Below, one piece after another: positions 1-9,729 of a DNA stretch of 64,000 nt (its first letter is position 1; each line of letters opens with the position of its first letter). The position numbers were made by a program, and so were the translations under genes. The stretch comes from an uncultured Myxococcales bacterium (lineage in GTDB: Bacteria > Myxococcota_A > UBA9042): NCBI GenBank assembly GCA_903955385.1, contig CAJBNH010000118.1:36045-100044 (forward strand), written 5' to 3'. The notes beneath the pieces are model-generated. The model did no database searches and had not been told where the DNA came from. It saw nothing but the letters and a program-made list of their open reading frames with translations.

Positions 1-2
1 GC

Positions 3-551
3 GAGGTGGTTGACGAGGTGACGACGGCCGAGCCCGGCAGCGGCCGCGATTCGGTGCGCTTCATCTTCCTGACGCGCAAGGCCGACGCACAGCTGGACTT
101 CGACCTCGAGGTTGCCCGCCGCACCACGATGGACAACCCCGTGTATTACGTTCAGTACGGGCACGCGCGTCTTGCGTCGATCTTGGTCCGAGCGGCTGAG
201 GGCGGCCAGACCTATGCGCCCGGCACCGCGCTGGACGCGCTGCAGCTGGACGACGAGCGTGAATTGGGCATGTTGATCGCGGAGTTTCCCGAAGTGGTAG
301 CGCGCGCTGCCCGCGGTCGCGAGCCCCACCTGATCGCGTACTACCTGATGGAGGCCTGTCGGGCGTTCCACGGCTACTATTCGCGCCACAAGGCCGATGA
401 TCGTGTGATCACCGACGACCGCGCGAAGACTCAGGCGCGCCTTGCGATGGTGGCGGCGTTGAAGCAGGTGATCGCCAATGGACTTGCGCTGTTGGGCGTC
501 ACTGCGCCCGAGCGGATGGTGTCCCTGCAGGAAGGCGTGACTGAGGAGTAG
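3..551 (+). CDS. argS: Arginine--tRNA ligase, C-terminal part (5' truncated by window)
   Basis: RDSVRFIFL..LDFDLE..DNPVYYVQYGHARLASI and GLALLGVTAPERM are typical of the ArgRS DALR anticodon-binding domain; followed by a SPOR gene, a common synteny. Confidence 0.93.
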   Translation, partial: EVVDEVTTAEPGSGRDSVRFIFLTRKADAQLDFDLEVARRTTMDNPVYYVQYGHARLASILVRAAEGGQTYAPGTALDALQLDDERELGMLIAEFPEVVARAARGREPHLIAYYLMEACRAFHGYYSRHKADDRVITDDRAKTQARLAMVAALKQVIANGLALLGVTAPERMVSLQEGVTEE

Positions 552-566
552 GTCAGGAGGCCCCCC

Positions 567-1301
567 GTGCCGCTGCGCGACTTCGAACACGTGCGTGAAC
601 GCATCGAGCTTCGGGTCGAGGTGCGTCACCTGATTCAGGCTGGCGCCGGCGTGCTGGGGGCACTGGTGCTCGCGTTCCTGCTGGGATACTGGACCGGCGC
701 AAGGCAGTCGCCCGACACAGCACGACGCCCCCAAGTCGCCGTGGCTTCGACAGAACCTGCGCCAGCCCCGCAAGTCCCGGCCGACCTCGCGTCCGCCGAA
801 GCGCCCATCTTGCCGAAGGCCGTGGCGGAGTCTCGCGTCGCGCAAATGCCGGTTCGGCCGCCTGAGCCGCCGCAAGCTCCCGCTGCACCTGAGGCTTTGG
901 CGCCGGTGCGGGCGCCGGAACGCGTCGCGCCAGTAGTCCCCCCCCTTGCGCTCCGCGCACCCCGGGCGGCGGTCGAGTCGCCTGACCCCGCCAAGGCTGC
1001 CGCTGACGCGGACGAAGAGGACCCGGAAGTGTCGGGCCGCCGCGACCCGAAGGCGGCGGTCACGAAGGGCTTCCACCTGCAAATCCGCGCGTTTCGCGAT
1101 GCGGCAGAGGCCAAGTCGCTGCAGCAGCAGCTGAAGTCCCGCGGCCACCCGGCAGTGCTGACGTCGGTCGAGGTTCCGGGCAAGGGAACGTTCTGGCGCC
1201 TGCGTTTGGGACCCTACGCGTCGCTGGACGAGACCCGCGCGGCCCAGCGGCGATTCGAGGAGGCCGAAGGGCTGCCGACGATGATTCTGGTCGACCCCTG
1301 A
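567..1301 (+). CDS. SPOR domain cell-division protein (FtsN/DedD-like)
   Basis: N-terminal TM helix, Pro/Ala-rich linker, C-terminal FHLQIRAF..WRLRLGPY SPOR motif; AGGAGG RBS before GTG. Confidence 0.85.
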   Translation: MPLRDFEHVRERIELRVEVRHLIQAGAGVLGALVLAFLLGYWTGARQSPDTARRPQVAVASTEPAPAPQVPADLASAEAPILPKAVAESRVAQMPVRPPEPPQAPAAPEALAPVRAPERVAPVVPPLALRAPRAAVESPDPAKAAADADEEDPEVSGRRDPKAAVTKGFHLQIRAFRDAAEAKSLQQQLKSRGHPAVLTSVEVPGKGTFWRLRLGPYASLDETRAAQRRFEEAEGLPTMILVDP

Positions 1302-1400
1302 CCCCTGCTGCCCTGCCCTTGCCCGACGTCGGCGCTTGAATCGGTGCGTCGCTGTGATAGACGTCCGGCTCCGGCCCATCCCGGTAAAGAGCAGGAGCCC

Positions 1401-3941
1401 ATGGCCCGCACGCAAAACACCAAGGAATCCAAGCTGGTCAAGATCTCCACCCCGAAGGGTCTGGAGGCTTCGGCCTGCACCGTCACGACCAATCTGGACG
1501 CGTTCGACTTCGAAACGACCGAAAGCGTCGAGACGCTGGAGTCCGTCATCGAACAGGATCGTGCCGTCCGCAGCCTGGAGCTGGGCCTGTCGATCACGCG
1601 GCCCAACTACCACGTGTACGTCGCGGGGCCGTCGGGGACCGGCAAGCGCAGTCAGCTGAAGTCGATGCTCAAGCGCATCGCGCCCGACCGCAAGCAGCCC
1701 AACGACTGGGTCTACCTGCACAATTTCTCCGACGAGGACACCCCGCTAGCCATCGGCCTCAAGCCGGGCGAAGGGCGCACCCTGAAGGCGGAGATGGAGA
1801 AGCTGCTGGAGGGTCTGACCCAAGGCCTGCCCGCCGCTTTCCACTCCCGCGAGCATCAGGAGAAGCTGCAGCACACAGTCAGCCAAGGCAACATCAGCTC
1901 AACCGACGCCTTCGTGGCGCTGTCGCGCAAGGCCGAGAAGGTCGGCTTCATCGTCCGCGCCAACAAGAACGACGAGCTGATCACGCTGCCGATCGTCGAT
2001 GGCAAGACCCTGAGCGACAAGGAGATCATGGCGCTGGCGGAGGACGAGCGAAAGAAGCTCGACCGCCGACGCGAGCAGCTGGAGCCCCTGTTCACCGAGT
2101 TCGTGCAGTCCAACCGCCAGGTCGAGCAGAGCACGCAGGCCAAGATCGCCGCGCTGCAGAAGGATCTGGGCGAGCGGATCGCTCGGCCGCTGTTCAAGAA
2201 GGTGCGCGAGCAGTTCCGGTCGGGGGGCAAGAAGCTGGCGGCGTTCCTGGAAGCGCTGTACCAGGAAGTGCTTGCCCACATGGAGCGCTTTCTGCCTGAG
2301 GACGAGCGCCCGCAAGCGCGCGACCAGCCCGGTCCCGACCCGTTCGTGGGTTTCCGCGTCAACCTGGTGGTCGAGAACGGCCAGACCGAGGGCGCTCCCG
2401 TCGTGTTCGAGACGCACCCGACCTACTACCGGCTGTTCGGCAAGGTCGAGCGGCGCGTCGAGCAAGGCATCTACTTCACCGACCACACGATGATCCGCGC
2501 CGGGTCGTTTGCGCGGGCCAATGGTGGCTACCTGATCTGCCACGCGGCGGACCTGTTCCAGTTCCCTGGGGTCTGGGAGAACCTGAAGGCCACGCTGCGC
2601 AACGCTGAAGTTGCCATCGAGGATCTGGGCGAAACCGCAGGACTGCTGCCCACCAGCGGCCTGAAGCCCGAGCCGATTCCGTTGAGCGTCAAGCTGGTCT
2701 TGATCGGGTCGAACGCGCTGTACCACACGCTGTATCGCGCAGATGACGACTTCAAGAAGATCTTCCAGATCAAGGCGGACTTCGACTACGAGATCCGCCG
2801 GTCGCAAGAGTCGGTCGCCAACTATGTCCGCTTCATCGCGACCGCCGCCAAGAACAACGGCTGCCGGCCCATCGACAAGGATGGCGTAGCGGCGGTGATC
2901 GAACACGGGTCGCGCTTGGTGGACTCACAGCGGAAATTGACGCTGCGTTTCAATCAGTTGTCCAACCTGATGGTCGAGGCAGACTACTTCGCCGGCAAGG
3001 GGCGCTCGCGCACGATCCAGCGCAAGCACATCGAACGTGCCATCGCACAGCGGACCCTCAGCTCCAGCCTGATTGCCGACAAGATGCACGAGGACCTGTT
3101 GGACGATCAGTGGCTGCTGGAGTCGTCCGGCACCGGGGTCGGCGTCATCAACGGCCTGGCCGTCCTGTCGGTCGGCGAGCATCAGTTTGGCCGACCGTTC
3201 CGCGTCACGGCGCGGTCATTCGCAGGCAACCAAGGCATCGTCAACATCGAGCGCGAAGTGCAGATGTCGGGCGAAATCCACGACAAGGGCGTGCAGATCC
3301 TGTCGGGCTTTCTGGGCGATCGGTTCGCGCAGCGGCGGCCGCTTTGTCTGACCGCCACGGTCACGTTCGAGCAGAGCTACGGCGAGGTCGATGGGGATAG
3401 CGCGTCCAGCACCTGGCTCTACGCAATCCTGTCCGCCGTGTCGGGTGTGGCGATCGATCAGGGCATCGGCGTGACCGGTTCCGTCAATCAACTTGGACAG
3501 ATCCAGCCTATTGGCGGTGTGAACGAGAAGATCGAGGGCTTCTTCCGCTTCTGCCAGGCCCGCCGACTGACCGGCAAGCAGGGCGTCATCATCCCCTGGC
3601 AGAACGTGCAGCACCTGGTCCTGAGCAGGGACGTGCGCGAGGCCATCGCCAAGGACAAGTTCCACGTCTGGCCCATCTCGACGGTCGAGGCCGGTATCGA
3701 GATCCTGACCGGCGTCAAGGCTGGCGTGATGCGCGCAGATGGCATCTATCCTCCGGGCACGCTGATGCGGCAGGTGCAAGACCGACTGGACGAGCTGCGC
3801 AAGCACGCAGACCTGGCGCGTTCGGTTGGTGTGAAGAAGACAGCAGTTCCGTCGGCAGCGGTGCGCGCCGCACGGCGCCAGAACGATGAGGCCGATTTTC
3901 CCGACGAGGTCGGCGACCGCGCCCGCGTCGTCCGGCGCTAA
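1401..3941 (+). CDS. Lon-family protease, LonC/LonB-like (AAA-like module plus S16 protease domain)
   Basis: GPSGTGK P-loop; FEQSYGEVDGDSAS (catalytic Ser) and IGGVNEKIEGFF (catalytic Lys); AGGAG RBS before ATG 1401. Confidence 0.9.
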   Translation: MARTQNTKESKLVKISTPKGLEASACTVTTNLDAFDFETTESVETLESVIEQDRAVRSLELGLSITRPNYHVYVAGPSGTGKRSQLKSMLKRIAPDRKQPNDWVYLHNFSDEDTPLAIGLKPGEGRTLKAEMEKLLEGLTQGLPAAFHSREHQEKLQHTVSQGNISSTDAFVALSRKAEKVGFIVRANKNDELITLPIVDGKTLSDKEIMALAEDERKKLDRRREQLEPLFTEFVQSNRQVEQSTQAKIAALQKDLGERIARPLFKKVREQFRSGGKKLAAFLEALYQEVLAHMERFLPEDERPQARDQPGPDPFVGFRVNLVVENGQTEGAPVVFETHPTYYRLFGKVERRVEQGIYFTDHTMIRAGSFARANGGYLICHAADLFQFPGVWENLKATLRNAEVAIEDLGETAGLLPTSGLKPEPIPLSVKLVLIGSNALYHTLYRADDDFKKIFQIKADFDYEIRRSQESVANYVRFIATAAKNNGCRPIDKDGVAAVIEHGSRLVDSQRKLTLRFNQLSNLMVEADYFAGKGRSRTIQRKHIERAIAQRTLSSSLIADKMHEDLLDDQWLLESSGTGVGVINGLAVLSVGEHQFGRPFRVTARSFAGNQGIVNIEREVQMSGEIHDKGVQILSGFLGDRFAQRRPLCLTATVTFEQSYGEVDGDSASSTWLYAILSAVSGVAIDQGIGVTGSVNQLGQIQPIGGVNEKIEGFFRFCQARRLTGKQGVIIPWQNVQHLVLSRDVREAIAKDKFHVWPISTVEAGIEILTGVKAGVMRADGIYPPGTLMRQVQDRLDELRKHADLARSVGVKKTAVPSAAVRAARRQNDEADFPDEVGDRARVVRR

Positions 3942-3995
3942 CGAAGTCGCCGCCCTCTGCAGCAACACGCCCGCCCTTCATGAGACAGGTGGCAA

Positions 3996-4391
3996 ATGAC
4001 CACAAGTCTGCCCCACGTCAAGGCTTTCGAGCGCTGGGTGGTGGCGTTGAACCGCTACGGCGACCTTTCGGCGACGACGGCCGCCGTCAGCGACGACGTC
4101 GAAGTGCTACGCCACGGGTTCGGACCGGAGCGCGGACTGGTGGTCGAGCGGATTCAAGGCATCGACGCCGTGGTGCGATGGCTGGCGCTGACCCGCGACA
4201 TCTGCCGGTTTGAGCTGGTCTCGAGCACCGGAGCCGCCTCAGCCGACGGCGAAGCGACCGCTCGCTACCGCATCACTGCTGAGGAATTTGTCGGCGGTGG
4301 GGAGTGGCGAGCGCAGCTTGCCCCGGATGGCCGCATCCGACGGCTGCAGCACCTGCCGGACGACCTGGACCCGAAGTGGTCGATGCCGTGA
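3996..4391 (+). CDS. Small NTF2/SnoaL-like fold protein
   Basis: 131 aa; DDVEV..GIDAVVRW..DGRIRRL pattern resembles SnoaL-like domains. Confidence 0.55.
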   Translation: MTTSLPHVKAFERWVVALNRYGDLSATTAAVSDDVEVLRHGFGPERGLVVERIQGIDAVVRWLALTRDICRFELVSSTGAASADGEATARYRITAEEFVGGGEWRAQLAPDGRIRRLQHLPDDLDPKWSMP

Positions 4392-4395
4392 AGAT

Positions 4396-6081
4396 CTAGC
4401 CTCGTCGCACCCGGGCGCGCCACAGGTACAGCCCCAGCAGGCCAAACACGAGCAGCAGTCCAGTGCCGGGCGACGATGCGGGGATTCCTTGGCGTGACGC
4501 GCAGCTCCACCCCGCTGCGGTCGAGTCGGTCTGGCAGCCGTCCTCGTCGGTCTGACCATCGCAGTCGTCATCGAGTTCGTTGCCACACAGCTCGCCGGAG
4601 GTGGGGGCAATCGGCTGCACATTGCACTCGGCGGACGTCCGGTCACCTGCGCACATCACCTTGCCGACGACGCGGCAGACGCCCACGCCTGCCTCACACT
4701 GTTTGCCGACGTCGAAGCCCTCGTCGGTTTGGCCGTCGCAGTTGTTGTCCACACCGTCGCCGCAGAGCTCTGCAACGCCTGACTTCTGATCCGCATCGCA
4801 GACAACCGCGCCCGCCACGCCGCACTTCCAGACTCCGTTGGCGGCGCAGAGGCCATCGCCCACTGCGCACGCTTGGCCCAGACCCAAGTCCTCGTCGGTC
4901 GCTCCGTCGCAGTCGTTGTCGAGGTCATCGCAAAGGGTTTCAGTCGCTTGCCAGGACAGCGGCAGCGCGCACTGGGCGACGCCCCCTGCCGCACACACCG
5001 GCTGGGCTTGGGCGCAGACGCCAACCTCGCCGCAAGTCAAGGCAATCTGGACCTGCTCGTCGGTCTGTCCGTCGCAATCGTCATCGGCGCCGTTGCAGAC
5101 CTCGTCCGGCGTCGGCCCGCAAACGCCGCACGTGTTCAACAGGTCCTCGTCCGTTTGCCCGTCGCAGTCGTTGTCGAAGCCATCACAGAGGGTTTCGACG
5201 GCGGCCTCGTACCCGTAGGAGTAGGCGCACGAGTACCCGGCGGCACCGTTGCACTTCGCCACGGCGGTGCCGTCCTTGTTGGGCACCGCGCACACGCCCT
5301 GCGCCAGACACGTGCCGACCGGAGCCACGACGCCCTCGTCGGTCGCTCCGTCGCAGTCGTCGTCGATCCCGTTGCAGACTTCGAGGGCGGTGGGAAACGC
5401 TTCGCCGTTCTGATCGTTGCAGTCACCGTCCTGAACGCGGAATCCGTCACCGTCCAGGTCGCAGGACAAGTTGGCCTTGCCAGGCGTGCCTGCGGGAGTG
5501 GAAGCCGGACCGGACGGCTGGCACCACAGCGCCAGGTCGTCGTTCTGACACGGGTCGGCAAACGCAGGATCCAGCCCCCATACGGCGGGTTGACTGGGAT
5601 TACCCCCCTCGCACTGGTCCCATTCCACGTCGTCCAGTGGGCCGGACGGTCCCTCCAGCGAGATCGCCCCCTTGCAGCCTGCAAGGGCAAACTCGCCGCC
5701 AAGGTCCACGACGGTCGGCTTCTCCGGGTTCTTCGCCGGGGGCTGGTGACCAAAGGCAACCGCCTCTCCCGGACCAAGGACCTTCCACACCGTGCCCAGT
5801 CCCCAAGTTGCCGACTTCGCCTCGGACGACTCCACTTGCATCGTGACTTTGTCCAAGCTGACAGCGAGGTTGGAGATGTTGGTGACCTCGACCCAGGCCG
5901 GAGCCCCCTTGCCGCCAAGCGCAAACTCCGTGACCACCAAGGTCGATCCCGCCGCGCACGCAGGCTTCGGGTCAGCTTGGACAGCGCAAGGAGGCCAGAC
6001 AACTGCGACGGCGATCAGCGCGCACAGGACCAGCCTTGCAGGGGGAATCGTTTGGAGGTCGGTGGCGGTACGGAGCAACAT
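4396..6081 (-). CDS. Surface protein: lamin-tail-like domain, six Cys/Asp-rich MopE-related repeats, C-terminal MYXO-CTERM-like anchor (start uncertain; ORF open to 6153)
   Basis: Signal peptide; LVVTEF..WVEVTN..GTPGKAN; repeated EXC-D/NG-DNDCDGXTDE; ends GWSCA..hydrophobic helix..RARVRRG. Confidence 0.8.
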   Translation of the reverse strand: MLLRTATDLQTIPPARLVLCALIAVAVVWPPCAVQADPKPACAAGSTLVVTEFALGGKGAPAWVEVTNISNLAVSLDKVTMQVESSEAKSATWGLGTVWKVLGPGEAVAFGHQPPAKNPEKPTVVDLGGEFALAGCKGAISLEGPSGPLDDVEWDQCEGGNPSQPAVWGLDPAFADPCQNDDLALWCQPSGPASTPAGTPGKANLSCDLDGDGFRVQDGDCNDQNGEAFPTALEVCNGIDDDCDGATDEGVVAPVGTCLAQGVCAVPNKDGTAVAKCNGAAGYSCAYSYGYEAAVETLCDGFDNDCDGQTDEDLLNTCGVCGPTPDEVCNGADDDCDGQTDEQVQIALTCGEVGVCAQAQPVCAAGGVAQCALPLSWQATETLCDDLDNDCDGATDEDLGLGQACAVGDGLCAANGVWKCGVAGAVVCDADQKSGVAELCGDGVDNNCDGQTDEGFDVGKQCEAGVGVCRVVGKVMCAGDRTSAECNVQPIAPTSGELCGNELDDDCDGQTDEDGCQTDSTAAGWSCASRQGIPASSPGTGLLLVFGLLGLYLWRARVRRG

Positions 6082-6281
6082 CACGCCCCGCAGGATACGG
6101 ACGCCCTTGAGGTCACGCCAATTTCTGACGATCCCCAAAGTCCGCGCGGCCACGATGGCCCGTTTCGCGGGCCACGCGGCGAGATTCCGTGTCGCATTTC
6201 ACTTGCATCGGTCTACAATCTTGCCGCGCACTCCCCTGCCCGCGTGCCAAACCACTCTCCCCACGAATCCGGAGGTCTGCC

Positions 6282-7385
6282 GTGAAGTACCTGTTTCCTC
6301 TGTGTCTCGCCGCATTGACGCTGGTCGCCTGTGCCAGAAAGGAGGCTCCCCCCGCGGCCCCTGCCGCCGAGCCGGTGGCCAAGGTCGCTGAGCCCGCGGC
6401 CCCCGCCCTGCCCGCCTTCAGCGACGACATGCTCAAGCTGTTCGCCCCGGTGCCCGCGGTCATCGCTTCGGAGAAGAACCCGGTCACCGACGAGAAGATC
6501 GCGCTCGGCCGCACCCTTTGGTTCGAGACGCGCATGTCCAAGAACCAGGACCTGTCGTGCAACAGCTGCCACACACTGGCGAACTACGGCGTGGACGGCC
6601 AGCCGACCTCGACGGGCCACAAGCAGCAGAAGGGCGGGCGCAATTCGCCGACCGTGTACTTCGCCGCCGGCCATCTGGCGCAGTTCTGGGACGGCCGCTC
6701 TCCCGACGTCGAGGATCAGGCCAAGGGCCCCGTCTTGAACCCGGTCGAGATGGCGATGAAGGACGCCGCAGCCGTGGAGACCGTCCTGCGCTCGATCCCC
6801 GAGTACAAGGTCCTGTTCGAAAAGGCTTTCCCGCCTGCTGCCCCCGGAGCTGAGGTCGTGACGTTCGACAATGCCGCGCTGGCGATCGCCGCATTCGAGC
6901 GCAAGCTGGTCGCGCCGTCGCGTTTCGACAAGTTCCTGGCGGGCGACAAGACCGCGCTGACGGCCGACGAGCAGGTCGGCCTCGCCACCTTCGTTCAGAC
7001 CGGTTGCACGGGCTGTCACTCTGGGGCCTACGTCGGCGGCGGGCAGTACCGCAAGCTGGGCGAGGTCAAGCCGTGGACGGGCGATCAGGACGAGGGCCGC
7101 GCGGGCGTGACGAAGAACGCCGCTGAGAAGCAGCTGTTCAAGGTGCCGTCCCTGCGCAACATCGAGAAGACAGGGCCGTACTTCCACACGGGCGGCGTCA
7201 CCAAGCTGGAGGAGGCGGTCAAGCTGATGGCCTTCCACCAGCTGGGCAAGGACATCGACGACGCGACGGTTGGACGGATCGTCACCTTCCTGAAGACGCT
7301 GACCGGCGAACTGCCCACGGACTACATTCAGGCGCCCACGCCCCTGCCGAATGGTCCGGCCACGCCCGCCCCCGATCCGGCGTGA
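6282..7385 (+). CDS. ccp: Di-heme cytochrome c peroxidase, lipoprotein
   Basis: Two CxxCH motifs (CNSCH, CTGCH), RNSPTV, QFWDGR, FKVPSLRNI..PYFH; lipobox LVAC; GGAGG RBS before GTG 6282. Confidence 0.92.
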   Translation: MKYLFPLCLAALTLVACARKEAPPAAPAAEPVAKVAEPAAPALPAFSDDMLKLFAPVPAVIASEKNPVTDEKIALGRTLWFETRMSKNQDLSCNSCHTLANYGVDGQPTSTGHKQQKGGRNSPTVYFAAGHLAQFWDGRSPDVEDQAKGPVLNPVEMAMKDAAAVETVLRSIPEYKVLFEKAFPPAAPGAEVVTFDNAALAIAAFERKLVAPSRFDKFLAGDKTALTADEQVGLATFVQTGCTGCHSGAYVGGGQYRKLGEVKPWTGDQDEGRAGVTKNAAEKQLFKVPSLRNIEKTGPYFHTGGVTKLEEAVKLMAFHQLGKDIDDATVGRIVTFLKTLTGELPTDYIQAPTPLPNGPATPAPDPA

Positions 7386-7538
7386 CCGCCCGTCCCCGAT
7401 CCCGCAAGGGCGTGAGCGCGGTTCCGCTGACCTGAATGACGTTGCGGAACCTCACCAACTTGCACCCGGCCGACATCTGCCGTTCAATGCCACGCCGCCG
7501 GCCGACCTGCGTCGCGCGGCCGGAACGGAGATGGCCCC

Positions 7539-8780
7539 ATGTCGCTGATTCGCCCCTTCCCCGCCCTTCGCCCTGCCCCCGGCCGCGCTGATGAAGTGGT
7601 GGCGCCCCCCTACGACGTCGTGTCCACGGCCGAAGCCTTGGCCCGCGCCACCGGAAAGCCGTTCAGCTTCCTGCACATCTCGCGCCCCGAGATCGACCTT
7701 CCGGCACACACCGACCCGTACTCCGCCGCCGTGTACGCCAAGGGACGGGAGAACTTTCTGGCGCAGATCCAGCAGGGCGTGCTGCTGCGGGACCCCGAGC
7801 CCTACTACTACGTCTATCGACTGACCATGGGCAGCCACGTGCAGACCGGTCTGGTCGCCACTGCGTCGGTGCAGGCCTACGACCAGCAGCGCATTCGCCG
7901 CCACGAATTCACCCGCGTGGACAAGGAAGACGACCGCGTTCGACAGGTCGACGCTTTGGGAGCCCAGACCGGCCCAGCGTTTCTGACCTATCGCCACAAC
8001 GCCGACGTCACGGCCATTCAGGACCGGGCGGCGCAGGGCACGCCCGACGTCGACGTAGTCGCAGATGACGGCGTGCGGCACCAGCTGTGGGTGCTGAGGG
8101 ATCGCGGACAAATCGACCGATTGACCGCCGCTTTCGACGCCATGGACCGGCTGTACATTGCCGACGGGCACCACCGCTCTGCCGCTGCCTCTCGTGTCGC
8201 TGCCGCACGCCGCGCCAAGACTGCCAACCCGACCGGCAACGAGCCGTGGGACTACTTCCTTGCCGTAATATTTCCCGACGACCAGATGCAGATCCTCGAT
8301 TACAATCGGGTGGTTCGCGACCTTCACGGGCACACGCCCGCCGGGTTCCTGGCCAAGCTCGCCCCGTCGTTCGAGGTCGATCCGGTGGCCCAAGCCGTGA
8401 AGCCGCGCGGTACTGGCGAGTTCTCGATGTATCTGGATGGCAAGTGGTATCGGCTGCGCGTGCGGCCAGAGCGGGTCCCGCAGAACGACCCGGTGGGCCG
8501 TCTGGACGTCAGTGTGCTGGCCGCACAGGTGATCGAGCCGTTGTTGGGGATCAGCGACCCCCGCCGCGACAAGCGCATCGACTTCGTCGGAGGTATCCGT
8601 GGGTTGGCGGCCCTGCAAGCTCGCGTCGACAGCGGTGAGATGGCGGTCGCGCTGTCGCCGTATCCGACCTCGATGGCCGAGCTGATGGCGGTGGCGGACG
8701 TAGGCGAGGTCATGCCGCCCAAGTCGACCTGGTTCGAGCCCAAGCTGGCCGACGGACTGTTCTCGCACGTCATCGACTAG
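7539..8780 (+). CDS. DUF1015 family protein
   Basis: IRPFPALRP..APPYDVV, YIADGHHR, MPPKSTWFEPKL. Confidence 0.9.
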   Translation: MSLIRPFPALRPAPGRADEVVAPPYDVVSTAEALARATGKPFSFLHISRPEIDLPAHTDPYSAAVYAKGRENFLAQIQQGVLLRDPEPYYYVYRLTMGSHVQTGLVATASVQAYDQQRIRRHEFTRVDKEDDRVRQVDALGAQTGPAFLTYRHNADVTAIQDRAAQGTPDVDVVADDGVRHQLWVLRDRGQIDRLTAAFDAMDRLYIADGHHRSAAASRVAAARRAKTANPTGNEPWDYFLAVIFPDDQMQILDYNRVVRDLHGHTPAGFLAKLAPSFEVDPVAQAVKPRGTGEFSMYLDGKWYRLRVRPERVPQNDPVGRLDVSVLAAQVIEPLLGISDPRRDKRIDFVGGIRGLAALQARVDSGEMAVALSPYPTSMAELMAVADVGEVMPPKSTWFEPKLADGLFSHVID

Positions 8781-8804
8781 CCGCGACGGGCGACGCCATC
8801 GGGT

Positions 8805-9638
8805 CTAGCGCAGCTTGCCGATCGCTTCCTTGGCGTTGTCTCGCACCAGCGGATTGGGGTCCTTCAGCGCTGCCTTGACCGCGTCACGCCCCGCCTTGTC
8901 GCCCATCTTGCCCAACGCCTTGACCGACCGCAGCCGCACCCAAGTCTCGGGGTCGCGCGTAGCCTTGATCAGCGCAGGAATCGCCGACTTGTCGTGCAGC
9001 AGGCCCACGGCATAGGCGGCCAGGCTGCGCGCGTTGACGTTCGTGTCCTTCTCCAGCACCTCGACCAGGGCCGTCGCCGTACCGGGTACGTTGTAATCGG
9101 TCAGGGCCGCCGCCACGTTGCCGCGGACGTCGGGATTCGGTTCGTACAGCAGGGAGCGGTTGAAGGCGGCGGCGACCTCGGCGGTCAGCGGCGGCTCCAG
9201 CAGCGCAAGCAAGGTCGGCGCGTGGGTCCGCACGTTCTGGTCGTCGCACCACATCGCCTTGAGCAGCACCGCGTGGATCTTGGCTCCCAGCGCCTTGTAC
9301 CGGTCGGCCACTGCGCGCGAGGCACCGTTTGCCTTGAGGTCTTCGAGTGCGCCGCGAAGGTCCGCGTCCGCCGTCAGGCTGTCGAACGCCACGAAGGCCT
9401 CTGCCTGCTGTCCAGCGCGGGCGGCACCGCTATCGGTCGGGACCTGGAAGCCAGCGAGCTCCGGCGCGGGGGCTTCGGCTGCGGGCTCAGGCGCGGGATT
9501 GGCCAGAACGTCAGCGGGCACCACGGGCTCGGGCGCTGCCTGACCCAAGGAGCGCAAGCCCTTCTCGGCGGAGTCGTGGTTGGAGCAGGCGGCGAGTCCG
9601 ACGATGGCGGCAAGGACGAAGACTAGGGGGGAACGCAT
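8805..9638 (-). CDS. HEAT-repeat lipoprotein
   Basis: Lipobox LAAC; repeats DPETWVRLRSVKALG, DPNPLVRDNAKEAIG; GGAGG RBS. Confidence 0.8.
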   Translation of the reverse strand: MRSPLVFVLAAIVGLAACSNHDSAEKGLRSLGQAAPEPVVPADVLANPAPEPAAEAPAPELAGFQVPTDSGAARAGQQAEAFVAFDSLTADADLRGALEDLKANGASRAVADRYKALGAKIHAVLLKAMWCDDQNVRTHAPTLLALLEPPLTAEVAAAFNRSLLYEPNPDVRGNVAAALTDYNVPGTATALVEVLEKDTNVNARSLAAYAVGLLHDKSAIPALIKATRDPETWVRLRSVKALGKMGDKAGRDAVKAALKDPNPLVRDNAKEAIGKLR

Positions 9639-9729
9639 GAGACCTCCGTTCAAGAGGCGACAAGCGTAGTACGGCAAAGCGGCGGTGGATACCCGGCAAC
9701 CGGGCGCGAAGTTCAGGGAGCGATCAGGG

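Noticed and set aside
4540..5400. Recurring TCGTCGGT..CCGTCGCAGTCG motifs resembling a repeat array
   Set aside because: They are the coding repeats of the MopE-related protein, degenerate and irregularly spaced; not CRISPR
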